A DNA stretch of 52,541 bases, the filler included, from Jimgerdemannia flammicorona (taxonomy: Eukaryota): NCBI GenBank assembly GCA_003990765.1. It is 2 parts of 2 records of this genome, joined end to end, with 100 filler letters (N's around TTAATTAATTAA, not from the genome) between each part and the next. Parts side by side here need not be neighbours in the genome. Positions count along the whole stretch, not along the records: positions 1 to 26,221 come from RBNJ01000750.1; 1 more part is not named here. The stretch is one strand, 5' to 3'. Positions 1 through 13,023 of the stretch are shown here, piece after piece (position 1 is the first letter of the stretch; every line of letters begins with the position of its first letter). The translations under genes were made by a program, and so were the position numbers. Under the pieces are notes generated by a model. That model worked only from the letters and a program-made list of their open reading frames with translations. It did not search any database and was not told where the DNA came from.

Positions 1-648
1 CCCCCCCTACCCCTTCCCGATGAAAGACCACTTTGTCTAACACCATCGCCACCCTCCCACCACTCTGCTCACAGATCTTCACTACCAAGCTGCACCATCG
101 ACCCCCCTGAGGACCCCAACTCACCCACCAACCAGTCAGCAGATCCCCCAACAGTCCCTCCCATCTTAACACCTTCTCCTGCAGCCCCAACCTCTGCCCC
201 TCCTCAAATACAAAGAGCCAATGTCCTGCCAGGCCCACCCATACTGCTAATACCCACCCTACAGTGAGCCACCGATTACCAACACCACCCACTAGTTGAG
301 ACTCTAAGTCTTCCCAGCGACCTCTCTCCCCATCTGGTCTCCTTTCAACCCCCAGCCGGTCCCCAATAGCTATCCAAAAGTCCCCCAGCACCTCACATTC
401 CCCCAGCCAATGTTCCGGCATTTGTACAAATCCCCCAGCCTGCCCAACATCATAACACTCCTCACAATCCAGCTGACCACCATCCACCAGATGCCCAGAA
501 CGGAAGTTCAACATAACATTCCTCCGCAACATCCACCACCACACTACCCAGAATTTGGGAGGAAGCCATCACCACACCTCGGTACTCCAAGACCAGATCC
601 CTGCCCAATCCCACTCCTCCCCAATCCTCACCACCTGCCAACTGCTTG
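1..648 (-). mobile_element. L1/Tx1-like LINE fragment (copy a), 3' part of ORF2 (Cys/His-rich C-terminus)
   Basis: Colinear with 26340-26990 and 19650-20290, which encode the ...C..C..C....HWLGEC... ORF2 C-terminal region; G-rich sense strand; runs off the window start. Confidence 0.85.
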
Positions 649-1059
649 GCTTCAGCCCCTCACTTCACTCAAGCTCACTATGACTCACTCCATTTCAGCC
701 TCACCCCTCACTCACACTCACTTCTTTGGGGTCTGCAGATATTTTTTAATCTCAATTTGGATTTATTTTATTTGTATTTGTTTGTGATTTTTATCCTGCA
801 ACTGAGATTGGCTCCCTCTTTATCTCTGCTTATCTCTGGTAGTCATGTGGTTTCTAATTCAATTCACTCTAAGTTGTGGCATATCTTCTCTTTTGGAATG
901 TCATATTTTGTATATATGTAAGGACTGTATTTTATATGGCAATAAATGGTTGATATATTTTTGGTTATATTCTTTGTTCATCTTCCTTATACATACTCTT
1001 CTATATGTCTTCTGTTTGCTTTGACACTAGTTCTAAGTTCACTCTCCTGGCTCTCACTG

Positions 1060-1064
<5 letters not shown>
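643..1064 (+). repeat. PLE terminal direct repeat (pLTR-like), copy 1
   Basis: Aligns with 19150-19477 joined to 25420-25515; differences are mostly C/T and G/A transitions. Confidence 0.8.

Positions 1065-1133
<69 letters not shown>
1065..1133 (-). repeat. poly(A) tail of LINE copy b (T69 on + strand)
   Basis: Homopolymer; AATAAA on the minus strand at 1151-1156. Confidence 0.9.
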
Positions 1134-1136
<3 letters not shown>

Positions 1137-1199
1137 GTCACTTGGACTTCTTTATTACCTAAATTATCTAATACAATAATGACCCCATCTGATGACTAC

Positions 1200-4100
1200 T
1201 ATAACTACAAAGTATAAAGAAGGGCCTATCAGCCTATACTTTTTCTCTACTGTACCTCTCTGTCATCCAGCACCAGAGACCTGCACAATGTCCTGTACTT
1301 TTCTCATGGCTCCTAATTGGTGCCTCTTTCCCTAATACTACTACTCTTGTACCACTTCCAGAAGTAACCATTGCCACTACTCTATCAATTCACCAATTTT
1401 TATCCAGAGATCTCTCTTGAACACTCATCACCAGTACACTGCCATCAGGACCCAGATGCCAAGGATATAGCCCAGGCCCCTCCATATGTCTCCAGTCTCT
1501 TCCACCAGTTGCTGCTTGACCACCCAACTAGTGGGGCCCTCTGGTCACTCACTCTCATAATCCCAATAATCTTCCAATATCTGCCAATATCCTTCAATCC
1601 CCAGACATGCTGCCAAGACATGCTCTGGTATCTATACCATACCTCTATCTATCTTACAACACCACTCACATTCCCTTACACCTTCTACCTCTATCTATTC
1701 CATCTGGTACCCCAACATTACATTTCTCCTCAAAAATCTCCACCATATCATCCAAAACTTTGGTAGTACTACCTTGAGCAAGGAGGCCCCCCAATCTCAT
1801 ATCTGACCCCACTCCCAATCTTCACTGAACCCAGCCTTCTGCCAACTAACTGGCCACCTCTCCAGTGGACCTGTCCTGATCCATTTTATTGCTCCAGATA
1901 GAGAGTATTCTACCAACTGGTGGCCACCAATATGAAGGTCTCCTAGTTACCACTATTTCTGCTATAGGTCCTCCCCTTCACCTGGCTCTGATTCTGTAAG
2001 TTCTATTGCCAGCCAGGTCTCTACAATACTCCACCAGAACCCCCTGTAGCACAATCTGCTGACCCTTCCCACCTGAAGCAAACCTTACATATCCTTTCTT
2101 ATCTCACTATGGGGGTAGAACCTGACCTCCCAATTGTCTATAGTCAGTCTGCTCCAACTATCCATACCTAGTTCTGCCAATCAATAATCCCACCAGCCCT
2201 GAAGTACCTTCAACTGCCTCCTAAAGTCCACCAGCCCCAGACTGCCATCCAACATCCACATCACCACTATCTCTCAACTAATCTGTGGCTGCCTCCCTCA
2301 CTATAGCCATCCTTCCACTACCTTTTTCAGTTGCCATACCAGTCATCCAGAAAAGTCCAGATGGTATCTCAGATATCACAACTTAGACAACCAGTATACA
2401 TTCAATACTATAACCCTTCTGACCAAAGTGAAGCCCCTCCCTGACCAGCCTATCAAAGCACTCTCCTACTTCTGTATTATACCACACTACCACTCTTTTG
2501 GCAACACTATTTCATATACTAAAAACTAGATATCTAAATATAAGATTGCCTCTCCTATACCAACTATTTGTCTAAAACATCCATCCTCTCTTAGTTTAGC
2601 CCCAAGCTCTATAGTCTCACACTTGCTCCAATTCAACTTTATCCCTGCCAGTCTCTCATATTGTCCAACTCCTTCCTGCAGGCTTTTGACATCTGCCATA
2701 TAGCCTAACCCAACTACTATATCATCAGTAAAGGCCCCCAACTTCCAGACCACATCTCCCATCTTCAACCCAGTCAGCCTCCTCTTTAGCCAAGTCAACA
2801 AAAGCTCTAAGGAAAAAATATAGAGCAGGGGTGAAAGAGAATCCCCCTGTGGTACTCCTCTCCCTAAGGTAAACTCTGGGCCACACCACCCATTCATCAG
2901 TACTGCTGCTTGGCAGCCTCACACTAGGCCCATTAGATTTTGAGTCTCCACTATACTAAACTCTACTCTCTATAATACTGCCTTTAAGTAATTCTACCTT
3001 ACTCTGTTATATGTCTTTTCTTGATCCAGGAAAACCATCTGCCCATCTATTTGTCAGCTTCTACAGCCCTCCAAAACATTTTGCACTCAGATAGTACTGT
3101 CTTGAATCTGCCTCCCCTTTACGAAACCTCACTGGTCCTCACCCACCAATTGGCCAATCTATTGCTGTATCCTCCCTGCCAAAATTTTGGACACCAGCTT
3201 CTTGTCCACATTCAGTAACATGATTGACCACTAGTTCCACCACACACATTGGTCTCCTTTCTCCTTATATAATAGAGAGACCAACTCTAAAGAACTATTA
3301 CCAATCCAGCAGCCTTCTCTCAATATGAAGTTCACCATTTCAACTAGCTATTTACCAAACTCAGTCTGGAACTTCTTTAAGAACTCCCAAGACAGTCCAT
3401 CCTCCCCTGGCAATGAGCCAGCCTGCATATTCCTCAGTACCTCCAGTACTTCTTCAATGCCACTATGCCCATCACTGTCCTACCAATCTCAGGCACCACT
3501 ACCACAGGCCAGCTGCCAACAAAATTATCATTATTCTCCTATAACCTCACTCTCCACTGGCCCTTCTTCATCCTACCAGAGAGTGTGCTATTGACTGGAG
3601 ATCTCATCAAGCATATCTGCAATATCAGTAACCTCAACCCTATCCTCCTGCAGTACTAAAGCCCAGCTATGCTGCACTCTTCTAGCTTTTAAAATTCCTG
3701 ATAAGTATTTAGTGGGCTGCTCTCCTTCTTCCAATTGCTTTGCTCACAATCTTGTCAATAGACCATCTATCACCCTATCTTCAGCTGCTCTCAAATCCAA
3801 TTTCAACTCAGCCACCTCCTTGGCCAACTGGCAGTGCTGCTCTCCTGATAATTCCTCTCCTTCCAACAACCTCAGCTACCATTGAAGCTCTTGCTCCACT
3901 CTCCTCTCTCTATCCTTCTGCTCTCTTCCAGCTACATCCCCTACATCACACTAGTAAGTACCTGCCAAATGTTTAAATTTACCCTACCACTGCTCTATCA
4001 GCTGTCTACTGTTCTTTCACCACAATACTTTCTGCCTTACAATTGCCACAAATTGTTCCCACTCTGCCTGCCTTTTGAGTAGAGCTATGTTAAGTCTCCA

Positions 4101-4721
4101 GTAACCTCCATCTCTGCTGATTGCCTGAAATCTCCCATATACCTCAACTCTCCAGTGGTCTAACCAAGGATACCACTATACTTCTGCTGAATCCAATACA
4201 TTACCCCAGTATTCCACTACCAGAATCCAATCTATCCTTATTCCAACCAAGTTCTCACCAACCAAGTGCTACCTAGTAAAGGGCCCTGGCCTCTCTCCTT
4301 GATGTTTCCATACTCCATCAACTAATTCTATATCTCTCTCAATCTGAAGCCACTGTGAAAGTCCTGCTAACATAGCCACACCAATCCCACCATTAGATCT
4401 ATCTAGTGTTCTGTCACAAACCATATTGAAGTCCCTCCCCCAGAATGTCCAGCCCAATCTCCTCTCAGTCTCTCCAAGCTAGCCAGCCCTCTACCCATTA
4501 GTTTCACTCTCTGCCAACTGCTGGTAAGTAAGCAGAGCCTACAACTAGCCCATCACCAGCTCTTCTTTTTAATCTCCCCCAAATCAATTGATCACCATAA
4601 ACTTCAATCTCCACTAGCTCACCTCTTCCCAAGCCAACCAAGAATCCCACCTGCTCATTCCAACCCATACTGCTATACCATTCTTTGCTCTATTCCACAT
4701 AATCTTGTTCACCATAGGCTC
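1200..4721 (-). pseudogene. LINE b ORF2 (APE endonuclease + RT), decayed; N-terminal ~42 codons at 13753-13878
   Basis: ORF-track fragments with RT and APE motifs; many stops from TGG/CGA/CAA transitions; 3' end approximate. Confidence 0.85.
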
Positions 4722-5478
4722 TGTAATAACTCTCACTTCTACCCCTCTCTTATTCTTTGGATAATTAGGGAAGTAAGACCATTACTTAGAGACTTAGTAC
4801 ACAAATATGTACCAAGAAGCCTTCAGTTTGAGGAAGCGCTCACTTATAAGTAGTTGTAGTGGTAATGCCTTCTGTTTCAAAGGTCTTTCTCTGATGTGCC
4901 CTATCTTTCAAGAGTCTTATTCTTTGCTGTGTACAGACTGAATTCACCTTAGAATTCAGATTCAATGGGTTTGCTTAAGTCTTTGGGGATTTATATACTG
5001 GTCTCAGTTCTGGCAGAAGTTAGCTAGGTTTCTGGAGTTTAGTCAGAAACACTAGAGTCACTTAGGTGTCATTACTAAGACTCAGGAGAATGTGTGTGTA
5101 TGGAGGGAACTTGATTCTTGTATCAAGGACTGAACTAAAACTGCTTTATTTCAGATGGAAACTGGGGGGTATTTATACAAGTTGGTCTGTGATTTCTGAC
5201 TAAGTATGAGTGACTAATTTGGTAACTATAATGAGGTTTGTGATCGTGGCCTTTGTCAGGTAGTTTTTGGCAAAAATAACTTTGTGATCAGGACCTCAAT
5301 TACTAGACAATGATCAGCTACTGTGGCAACAGTTGCTGTAGCACTGATTATTGAGGATAAGCTGGATATTATTTTTCATGTCATTTGTCATTCATTATTT
5401 GTATGCTGTGCTCGATCATATTATGACATCATCACTTGCTAGGTCATATGATCACTCATCATGCCTTGTTCTATTACA
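4722..5478 (-). repeat. 3' LTR of B1 (757 bp)
   Basis: TGTAATA...TATTACA termini; direct repeat of 13024-13752. Confidence 0.95.
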
Positions 5479-5491
5479 TCCTTTCCTCCTT
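5479..5491 (-). other. Polypurine tract of B1
   Basis: AAGGAGGAAAGGA immediately before the 3' LTR. Confidence 0.85.
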
Positions 5492-6311
5492 AGAAATCAA
5501 CATCCTTGTTGATTCAGAAATTGAGAACCAGGGGAGAGAAAGGTGGAGAATCAGGGTTGTTGCCATCTTCTTCAGTAGTAGGGAGAGTGGTTGCTAATGG
5601 CTTGCTGTCCAGAGTGGAGAAGTCAATGAGGTCTGCAAATGGTTCTTGCATAGAGATGGACACTGGTGTAGGGGTTCTCCATCTAATGTGGTTAGGACCA
5701 TCCAAGTATGATTCTTGGTCTTCATGCCTGGGAATATCCATTCAGATAGGCAGTCTTTTAAAGAGGTCAGAGAGGCCTTGGAGCCATTGGTCTGGGTTAT
5801 CATTCAGAAGGGGGCTCCAGTAGGGTTCACAGTTAGTAGACTTGAGGGTGATCCAGGAGTTGGCTTCTTGGGCTACCTTGATCTCTAGCTCATCAATCTT
5901 GGGGAAAGAGAGGTTCTGGAAATCCTTTAGTTAGACATAGTTGAGGTTGGGGATTGCAAAGAGTATATGGTGTATGATTTGATGAACCTTCTTGATAAGT
6001 CTTTGCTCATGTCTGTCCAAGTGGGTCCAGTCAGAGACCTGGTCAGTGGGTAGGCCAATTGTATGTTGGAGAAGCTGGTGACTGATTTCATATTCATACC
6101 AGATCTCTAGGCAGCTGGTGGCAAGGTAGGCTCTTTCAATCAGTTCATAGCAGTCAAGAACATACTGTCCTAGGTCTGGGCTGGAGAGGTTAAGGGCCTC
6201 AGAGCAGCAGTTCCTTCTCTGGATAGCAACCTAGATGTGTCCAAAGAGGTGGTCAACCTGGCTTGAGAGGGGCTGGCTATGGCAGGCAGTTTGGCAGTGG
6301 GTAGTGGGCAT
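5490..6311 (-). pseudogene. B1 3' accessory ORF (~273 aa, unknown function)
   Basis: One frame from ATG 6311 (MPTTHCQ...VDHLFGHI.VAI...LEIWYEYEISHQL...LSFPKIDELE...PYWSPLLNDNPDQWLQGL...) to TAA abutting the PPT; internal stops are transition-type; homologous copy at 51169-51979. Confidence 0.75.
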
Positions 6312-6375
6312 TCTTGTCTTGTCTTTTCTTTGTGAGAAAAGGGAGATAAGAGTTGCAGGGTATTCTTGTCTTGGG

Positions 6376-6383
6376 TATTTATA
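6376..6383 (-). promoter_or_regulatory. Internal TATA box upstream of the B1 accessory ORF
   Basis: TATAAATA ~65 nt upstream of the ATG; also present in copy B2 near 51095. Confidence 0.6.
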
Positions 6384-6949
6384 CTTATTCACCTATCTGG
6401 TGTGACTTTTTTTTCAGTCACGCTTTCCAGCAAAATGTGTGACCTATTGCTATAAGTGGAGTATGTGCTGGTTATATGAGAAAATCCTGATTTCAAAGAT
6501 ATTATCACTCATAGTTATGGTTACACAGGGTTAACAGGTCTTGGTCCTCTTTTTTTTTGTCTGGTCAGCACATTTGTGAGGACTGACCATCCTTGTCTAG
6601 GGTGAGGACTCCCATTATCATGGCTGGGGGTTTGAACCTCTCAGAAATAGACTTTCTTATAATCCAAGGTAATTCCTAGTAACAATATCTATCACATGGA
6701 TGGACTTAGACTGGTTTTGACACCATTAGCTTTCCTAAGTTCCACATAAAGCATTTGTCATTATCTAGCAGAGATGATACAGATGGCATGAAATAGAGTT
6801 GTTTAAATACATTTTGCTGTACTGTGCTAGATTGTTTTTCACCTGAGTGTCTTCTCATTGATTATTCATAGTGTTTCTTTTTCTGCAATATTCAGTATTA
6901 TATATTTCCAGATAAAATATGTAATATCCTTCTGCTCACTATGTACTCC

Positions 6950-9900
6950 AATTCTTAGAGCTGTAGTTTCTTCCTTTGCTAGAGATTGAGTGTTTCCATG
7001 TAGTCCTGGAGGGCTTTATGTACATTCTTCAGAGTTTCTTCTTTTTCTCAGGTGGCATCATGGGTGGAGTAACCCTTCTACTTGATCAGGAAAAACCACT
7101 TGACTGTTTTGGGATATTTGCAGACCTTGTGGTCAAGTACTTCCTCAATTTCGAATTCCTCATGATCATTGATCCTAATTGGGGATAGTGGTAGAACTGT
7201 ATGCTCAGGGAATGGGTTCTCATAGTAGTCTACCAATTGGCTGATATGGAATACTGGGTATACTCGGATATTGTGAGGAAGTTCCAACTTATAGTTGACT
7301 TTACTGACTTTTTTCACAATCTTGTATGGTCTAATTCTTCTAGCTCAGAGTTTCTTAGCTGGTTGTTGTGCTAGAGTGTCTGGGTGGAGGTGGTCTGTTC
7401 TAAGCATAACTATGTCACCAATGTTATAGGAGACTTCTCTTTGCTTCAAGTTCACATACTTGGTCTGGTAGTCTTGTGCTTCTATAAGAGCATCTCTTGT
7501 CATTCGGGTAAGGTCAGAAATGGTCTCAGCCAGATCTTGGACTACTGGGACTGCTGATTTTGCAGTAGTACTTGGGGTCCTTGGGTGTTGACTGTGGTTC
7601 AGGAAGAATAGAGTCTTCTTTATGGAGGTTTGCTGACTGTTGTTGTAGGCAAACTCAGCATGGGCTAGGTACTTGTTCCAATCATTTTGCTTATAACAGT
7701 AGAAGATACTAAGTATCTGTTTGAGAGTCCTGTTGGTTCGCTTTGTTTGGCCATCAGTCTGAGGGTAGTAGGTAGTAGAGAACTTCAGCTTGGTTCCATG
7801 GAGGGAGAAGAATGCCTTCTAGAAGTTGCTTGTGAACTTGGCATCTTGGTCAGATACAATAGTACTAGGCATGCCATGTAGCCTGAATACTTGATTGAGA
7901 AAAATCTCAGCAATCTCTGGTGCTGTAGCAGTGGTCTTGGTGAGTGCAAAGTGGGCTTGTTTACTTAGACAGTCTACAAATACTACAATGGCATCTTATC
8001 CTGCCTTGGTCTTAGAGAGTTGGACAATGAAGTCCATTGCAATCTGATCCCAGTTGTGATTCAGGATAGGCAAGGGTTGTAAGAGTCCTGCTGGTAGCTT
8101 GTTACCACTTTTGAACCTTTGGTACATCTCACATAAGGCCACAAAGTCTTTGATGTCCTTGGTCATTTTTGGCCAGTAGAACTCTCTTGAGAGGAGGTTG
8201 TAGGTTTTTTCAAAACCAAAGTATCCTGCTGCAGGAGTATCATGTAGTTCCTACATGGTCTTGAGTCACAGAGTATCATTATTGGGTACAACCACTCTGT
8301 CATAGTCTCTATAGATAAGTCCATCACAGTAAGTGAATCTCTTGGACATTTACCTCATGAGTTCAGGGATCTCAGCTTCTGAGTTTTGATAGAATTAGAG
8401 GAATTTCATCAGGGGGCTATCCTGCTGATAGCTATCCTTGATCATCTGGGTCAGATCTCCAATTACCTCGACTATGAAGACAAGTTCACTTTCATGTATC
8501 TGGAGAAACCATCAGATATACAGTTGGTTTTACCTGGGATATACTTGATTTCCATATCAAAGTTGGTAATAATTTCCATCCAGCAGGCTTATCTGTGGGT
8601 CAACATGGGCTGTGTGTGAATATACCACAGAGCATGGTGATCAGTATAGACCACAAATGGTTGTCCTAGGAGGAAATGACACCATTCCTGGAGTGCAGTA
8701 ATAATGGCCAGGAGTTCCTTCTCATGGGTGGTATATCAGGTCTCAGCTGGCTTGAGTTTTTGGAAAAGATAGGTCACTGGACAGTCTTCTTGGCTGAGCA
8801 CTGCTCCAATAGCAATGTCAGAGGCATCTGTGATCAGAGTGAATGACCTGGTAGGGTCAGGTGCAATTAGCACTAGGGTCTCAGTAAGGAGTCTCTTGAG
8901 ATGGTCTATAGCTAGAGTGTATTCAGGGGTCTATTTGGTTTTGATGTTCACTCCTTTGTAGGCCAGACTGGTCAATGGAGCTGCAATAGCAGAGTATCCT
9001 TGGATAAACCTTCAGTAATAATCAGTAATATCCACAAAGCACTGTAGTAGCTTGAGGGTAGTAGGGATAGGGATATCCTTAAGGGCTGATACCTTTTGGG
9101 GGTCTATATTGATACCTTCAGCAGAGATGATATGTCCTAGATACTCAATCTGGTCTTGATAGAACTTGTATTTGCTCATCTTGGCATAGAGCTGGTGTTC
9201 TCACAGAAGGGTCAGTACTTGTCTGAGGTGTGTATAGTGTAGCTCTACTATTTCACTGTAGATTAGTATATCATCAATATATACAAGAACACAGATGTTG
9301 AGGAGTGGTCCAAAGATATCATTCATCAGATACTGGAATGTTGCTGATATATTGGTCAAACCAAAAGGCATGACTCAGAACTGGTAGTGTCCAAATCGTA
9401 TTCGGAAAGCTGTTTTTTCAATGTCCTTCTCATCAATGAGAATCTGATAGTAGTCATTTCGCAAGTCTAGTAGGGAAAAGGTCTTGGCCTTGAAGATTTG
9501 ATATAGCAACTCATCAATCCTAGACAAGGCATACCAGTTCTTGATGGTGATCTTGTTGAGGGCTCTGTAGTCAATACACATTCACAGAGAGCCATCCTTC
9601 TTCTTGACAAATAGAATAGGGGCTCTAAATGGAGAGCAGCTAGGTTTAATGTATCCTTGAGCCAGTAGTTTGGTCAATTCATTCTTGAGGGTCTTGAGCT
9701 CAGGTTGGGCCAGTTGATAGATACTCTTATATGGGGGTTCAGATCCTGGAATAAGATCAATTCCATGTTGGATTTGGCACTTAGGTGGAAGTCTTTGAGG
9801 ATCTTGGAATATATCTTGGAATTCTTCAAACAGTTCTTGAGCTTCTGTTGGAATTGGGCTACTTGTAGCTTCAGTGACTTCTTGTACTGTATAGATAAAG

Positions 9901-10400
9901 TAGGTGTTTTCCTTTTTTTGAGAGAGTCTCTTCATTTGAATGGCAGAGATGATTTCAATCCCTTGGTGGTTGGTACCTTCCTGGGGTGTCAGAGTGATCT
10001 TTCTGCCTTTATGGGTTAGATTAACCTTATTGGTTCTCCAGTTGATATCTGGGTTATGCTGGGTCAACCAGGCTTTTCCTAGGATAATGTCTTGTCCTGG
10101 GAGGTCTACAATGCTGAAGTCTAACTTCTCTTGATATTTGTCAATCTTGAGTAAGAGATCTTTGCAGATCTTGGTCAATGGTATAGTTTTACCATCACCA
10201 AAGGTAACACTTCTTTTCTTGGTGGCTGGTCTGCTTCAGACTCCAATCCTCTTAGTAGTCTTGGTGCTGATATAGTTTCCAGTAGCACCACTATCAAGCA
10301 AGACATTGACATTCTGTCTGTGGACTTGGCCTGTGAACTTGATACAACTGTTCTCCTTCTTGATAGTGTTGAGCTCTTCATCTTCATTATTGTCTCAATT
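6950..10400 (-). pseudogene. pol: B1 pol: protease, RT, RNase H, integrase, chromodomain
   Basis: DIILGKAWLTQHNPDINW (PR); [20 protein letters not shown] and YIDD (RT); YPVFHISQL (IN); EEFEIEEVLDH (chromodomain). Confidence 0.92.
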
Positions 10401-10504
10401 GCTGTCAGTCTCCTCAAAGTCAGTTTCTCCCCATCCTTTACAAGGAGGGTTGTCTTGTTTAGGTTCCTCAGTCTGTTGGGCTTGGCACTTCTTGGATTGA
10501 ATTT

Positions 10505-10630
10505 TGAAAACTTTGGAGAGACATGCATGGCATTCACCAACATGTTCCATGTAGTATATTCGAATAGAATGAGGGCATTATCCACATGGTGCATAACCAT
10601 CTGCAATTCTCTTATACCAGTTTTCATCAT
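10505..10630 (-). other. C-P-H-x12-C-x2-C module in B1 (between dUTPase and protease)
   Basis: Manual translation DENWYKRIADGYAPCG*CPHSIRIYYMEHVGECHAC. Confidence 0.7.
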
Positions 10631-10669
10631 CTTCCTTCATAGTAGTGACCTTTTTACTGGGAGGTTTGT

Positions 10670-11090
10670 TGGTTGATCCAAACCCTTTCTTGCTATGGTC
10701 TGTCTGAGAGAGCTTGGGGACTTCTTCAATGGTGAGATCTTGACAGATTTCTTCAATGATTGCTTGGGCAATCCTTTGGCCTGTTTTGACTTCAAATGAG
10801 GTATCTCCAAAATTTCACAAGATGACATGGATTTTGCCAGTAAATCCTTGATCAACTACTCCTCCTCCTAGCCCAATGTTGAACTCTTTAGCTAGGCTGC
10901 TTCACTCAGCAAGGCAGATGTATATACCTTTGGGAGCTTGCATTGTAATTCCTATTCACACTGTACCATTGGTACTTGGTGGAATGGTGAGGTCTTGGCT
11001 GCTGTAGAGGTCATATCTAGCATCAGTTGGGTGGGCCTTAGTGGGGATGGTAGTCTTGTACTATATCTTCTATACTTTGATGACATTCTC
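10670..11090 (-). pseudogene. dUTPase domain of B1
   Basis: Manual translation PTKAHPTDARYDLY...SSLAK...GGVVDQGFTGKI...GQRIAQ...KKGFGST (dUTPase motifs I-V). Confidence 0.88.
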
Positions 11091-11099
11091 AGGGTTCTT

Positions 11100-13000
11100 C
11101 TTTCTTAGACCTTCTCTAATAACAGTAATGTTCTGGTTACTGGATTCATCTAATCTGTTTCTCTTCTCAAGGCATTTGAATGAGATGTATCCTGCCTTCT
11201 TACAGATGAAATACAATTCTTTTTTATGAAGCTGCTTCTTTTCATCCTCAGTGAGAGGTCTAGGTCCTCTGGGGTTTCACTGGTTCTTTTGATCATTCCT
11301 TTGATCATATCTTTGGTCATTCCTTTGATCATTTCTCCTGGTTGGGTTTCTCCTATCTTGGTTATCCTTCTTGTGTTCTTGATTTCATAGAGCTTGTACA
11401 GCAAGGATTTCACAGGCTCTTCTTTGTACTTGGGCAAAGCACTATGAGTAGTGGGGACATCCTTGGGGAAGACCTTGTTCCTTGATCTTCTGGGTGAGCC
11501 AGTCTGGTAGAGCTGCAAAAAGATGGTTAGCTCTGGTACTATTGATGGCCAAATTGTTCTCCTGGTAGGTAAGTCCAACAGTTTTGAGATAGGCATTCAT
11601 TCTGGTAGCAAAGGTCTCTAGATCCTCCTTGCCATTCTTATGGAACTTTATCTGGAACAGTTTGTTCCAGGTTTCTTATATATAGGCTGCATTTCAGAAT
11701 TTGGTCAGTAGCAAGATCTTGAGTCCTGGGCCTGCTTCATAGTCATCCCAACCTGGTCTATTGTTGGCAGGTACTTATCCATTGACTTGAGGGCAGTCTT
11801 CCCAGATTACTAGGTGTTGTTCCAAGGTTTGCCAGAATTTGGCTACTGTTCCAGTGAAGAATGTGGCTACTGTTTCTACTTGTGCTGCTGATGTGGCAAA
11901 CAGCTATTGAAGGGTGTTGTTCTGGTTGTTGGTGAGCATTCCTATAGGTACTTGGTTGTTATTCCATTGGTTTGCTCAGTAGTCTGTATCAACTACATTG
12001 ATGAAGTTTTTAATGTTGCTGTTTTTTCCACTGAATGTTGGAATTCGCAAGGTCTTGGTTGGCTTGTTCTGTTCAGCAATCTGTCCTACTATCTCTGCTA
12101 GTACTGCTAGCTGGGTAGTCAGTACTGCAATATTGATATCTACCATTGTATTGACTATTGGTAGTAGACCTGTAGGGGTGGATTCTCCTGAAGATTGTTC
12201 TGCTTGGTAGAGTTGTGGTGCTGTGTGACTTGGAGTTACTTGATTCCCAGATATCAGATCAAAGAGTCCTGTGAGAGAGGGTAAACCAAACCTCTATATA
12301 GGTGGCTAAGTTAGTTCTGGGGTCTGATCTTCTTGACCTGTGGTTCTTTGATAAATTCCTAGGTCTGCTGTTCCTAGTTGGCTATCATCAGACTGGTAAT
12401 CTGTAGAGTCTTTGTCTGACTCTCTTTCCTGATGAGATAGTACATCCTTGTACTGACTAGGTCCTTCAAAGAGGATATCAGTCTCTGGCTAGGTAGATGG
12501 GCCTGCTCCTTGTTCAGCAGTAGAAGATGGTTGGCCTGCTTGCTCGTTCTCATATCTGGTTATGGTAGAGACATAGTATACAACTAGCCTATAGTAGAGG
12601 GAGGTCTTGGTAGGAGTATGATGATATCTGTCAGAGGCAATCCACTCGGCAGCTGCTTCTCTTGCAGCAGGGGGTGTGATATAATCTAGAAAATCCTGGG
12701 TGGCTGCAGCAGTAGATTCTGGAGTCCTAGTGGTTCCAATGTGTCCTCGGAGGAGTTTGTAGAACCTACAGCAGCTAACTATATTCCTAAGTCCTGGGTG
12801 GTAAGTCCTAAAGGTCTGGTATAGATTCTTGTAAGTCTGATCAATTACAAGCTGGTGGGTTCTTGGGTCTGTGGTTTCCTGGTACCACCTGATCCTAATG
12901 GTAAGAGCTTCTCTGGCTCTGTTTGAGGATCCACAGTTGATTCTGAGGATTACTCCTGTCTAAGGTTGGTCTTGTTCCAACTTCAGGAATATGTTCTCAG
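11100..13000 (-). pseudogene. gag: B1 gag with long N-terminal extension and decayed CCHC knuckle
   Basis: Knuckle YFICKKAGYISFKC near 11172-11220; capsid-like region ~11400-12050; N-terminal motif AAAEWIASDRYHHTPTKTSLY. Confidence 0.75.
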
Positions 13001-13023
13001 TACCTTCTTGGCTGGTAATCCGC

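Noticed and set aside
946..1217. Poly-Phe/poly-Lys ORFs (also 19351-19793)
   Set aside because: Translations of LINE poly(A) tails
11291..11338. 12-bp tandem repeat
   Set aside because: Ordinary RNDQ low-complexity coding repeat within gag
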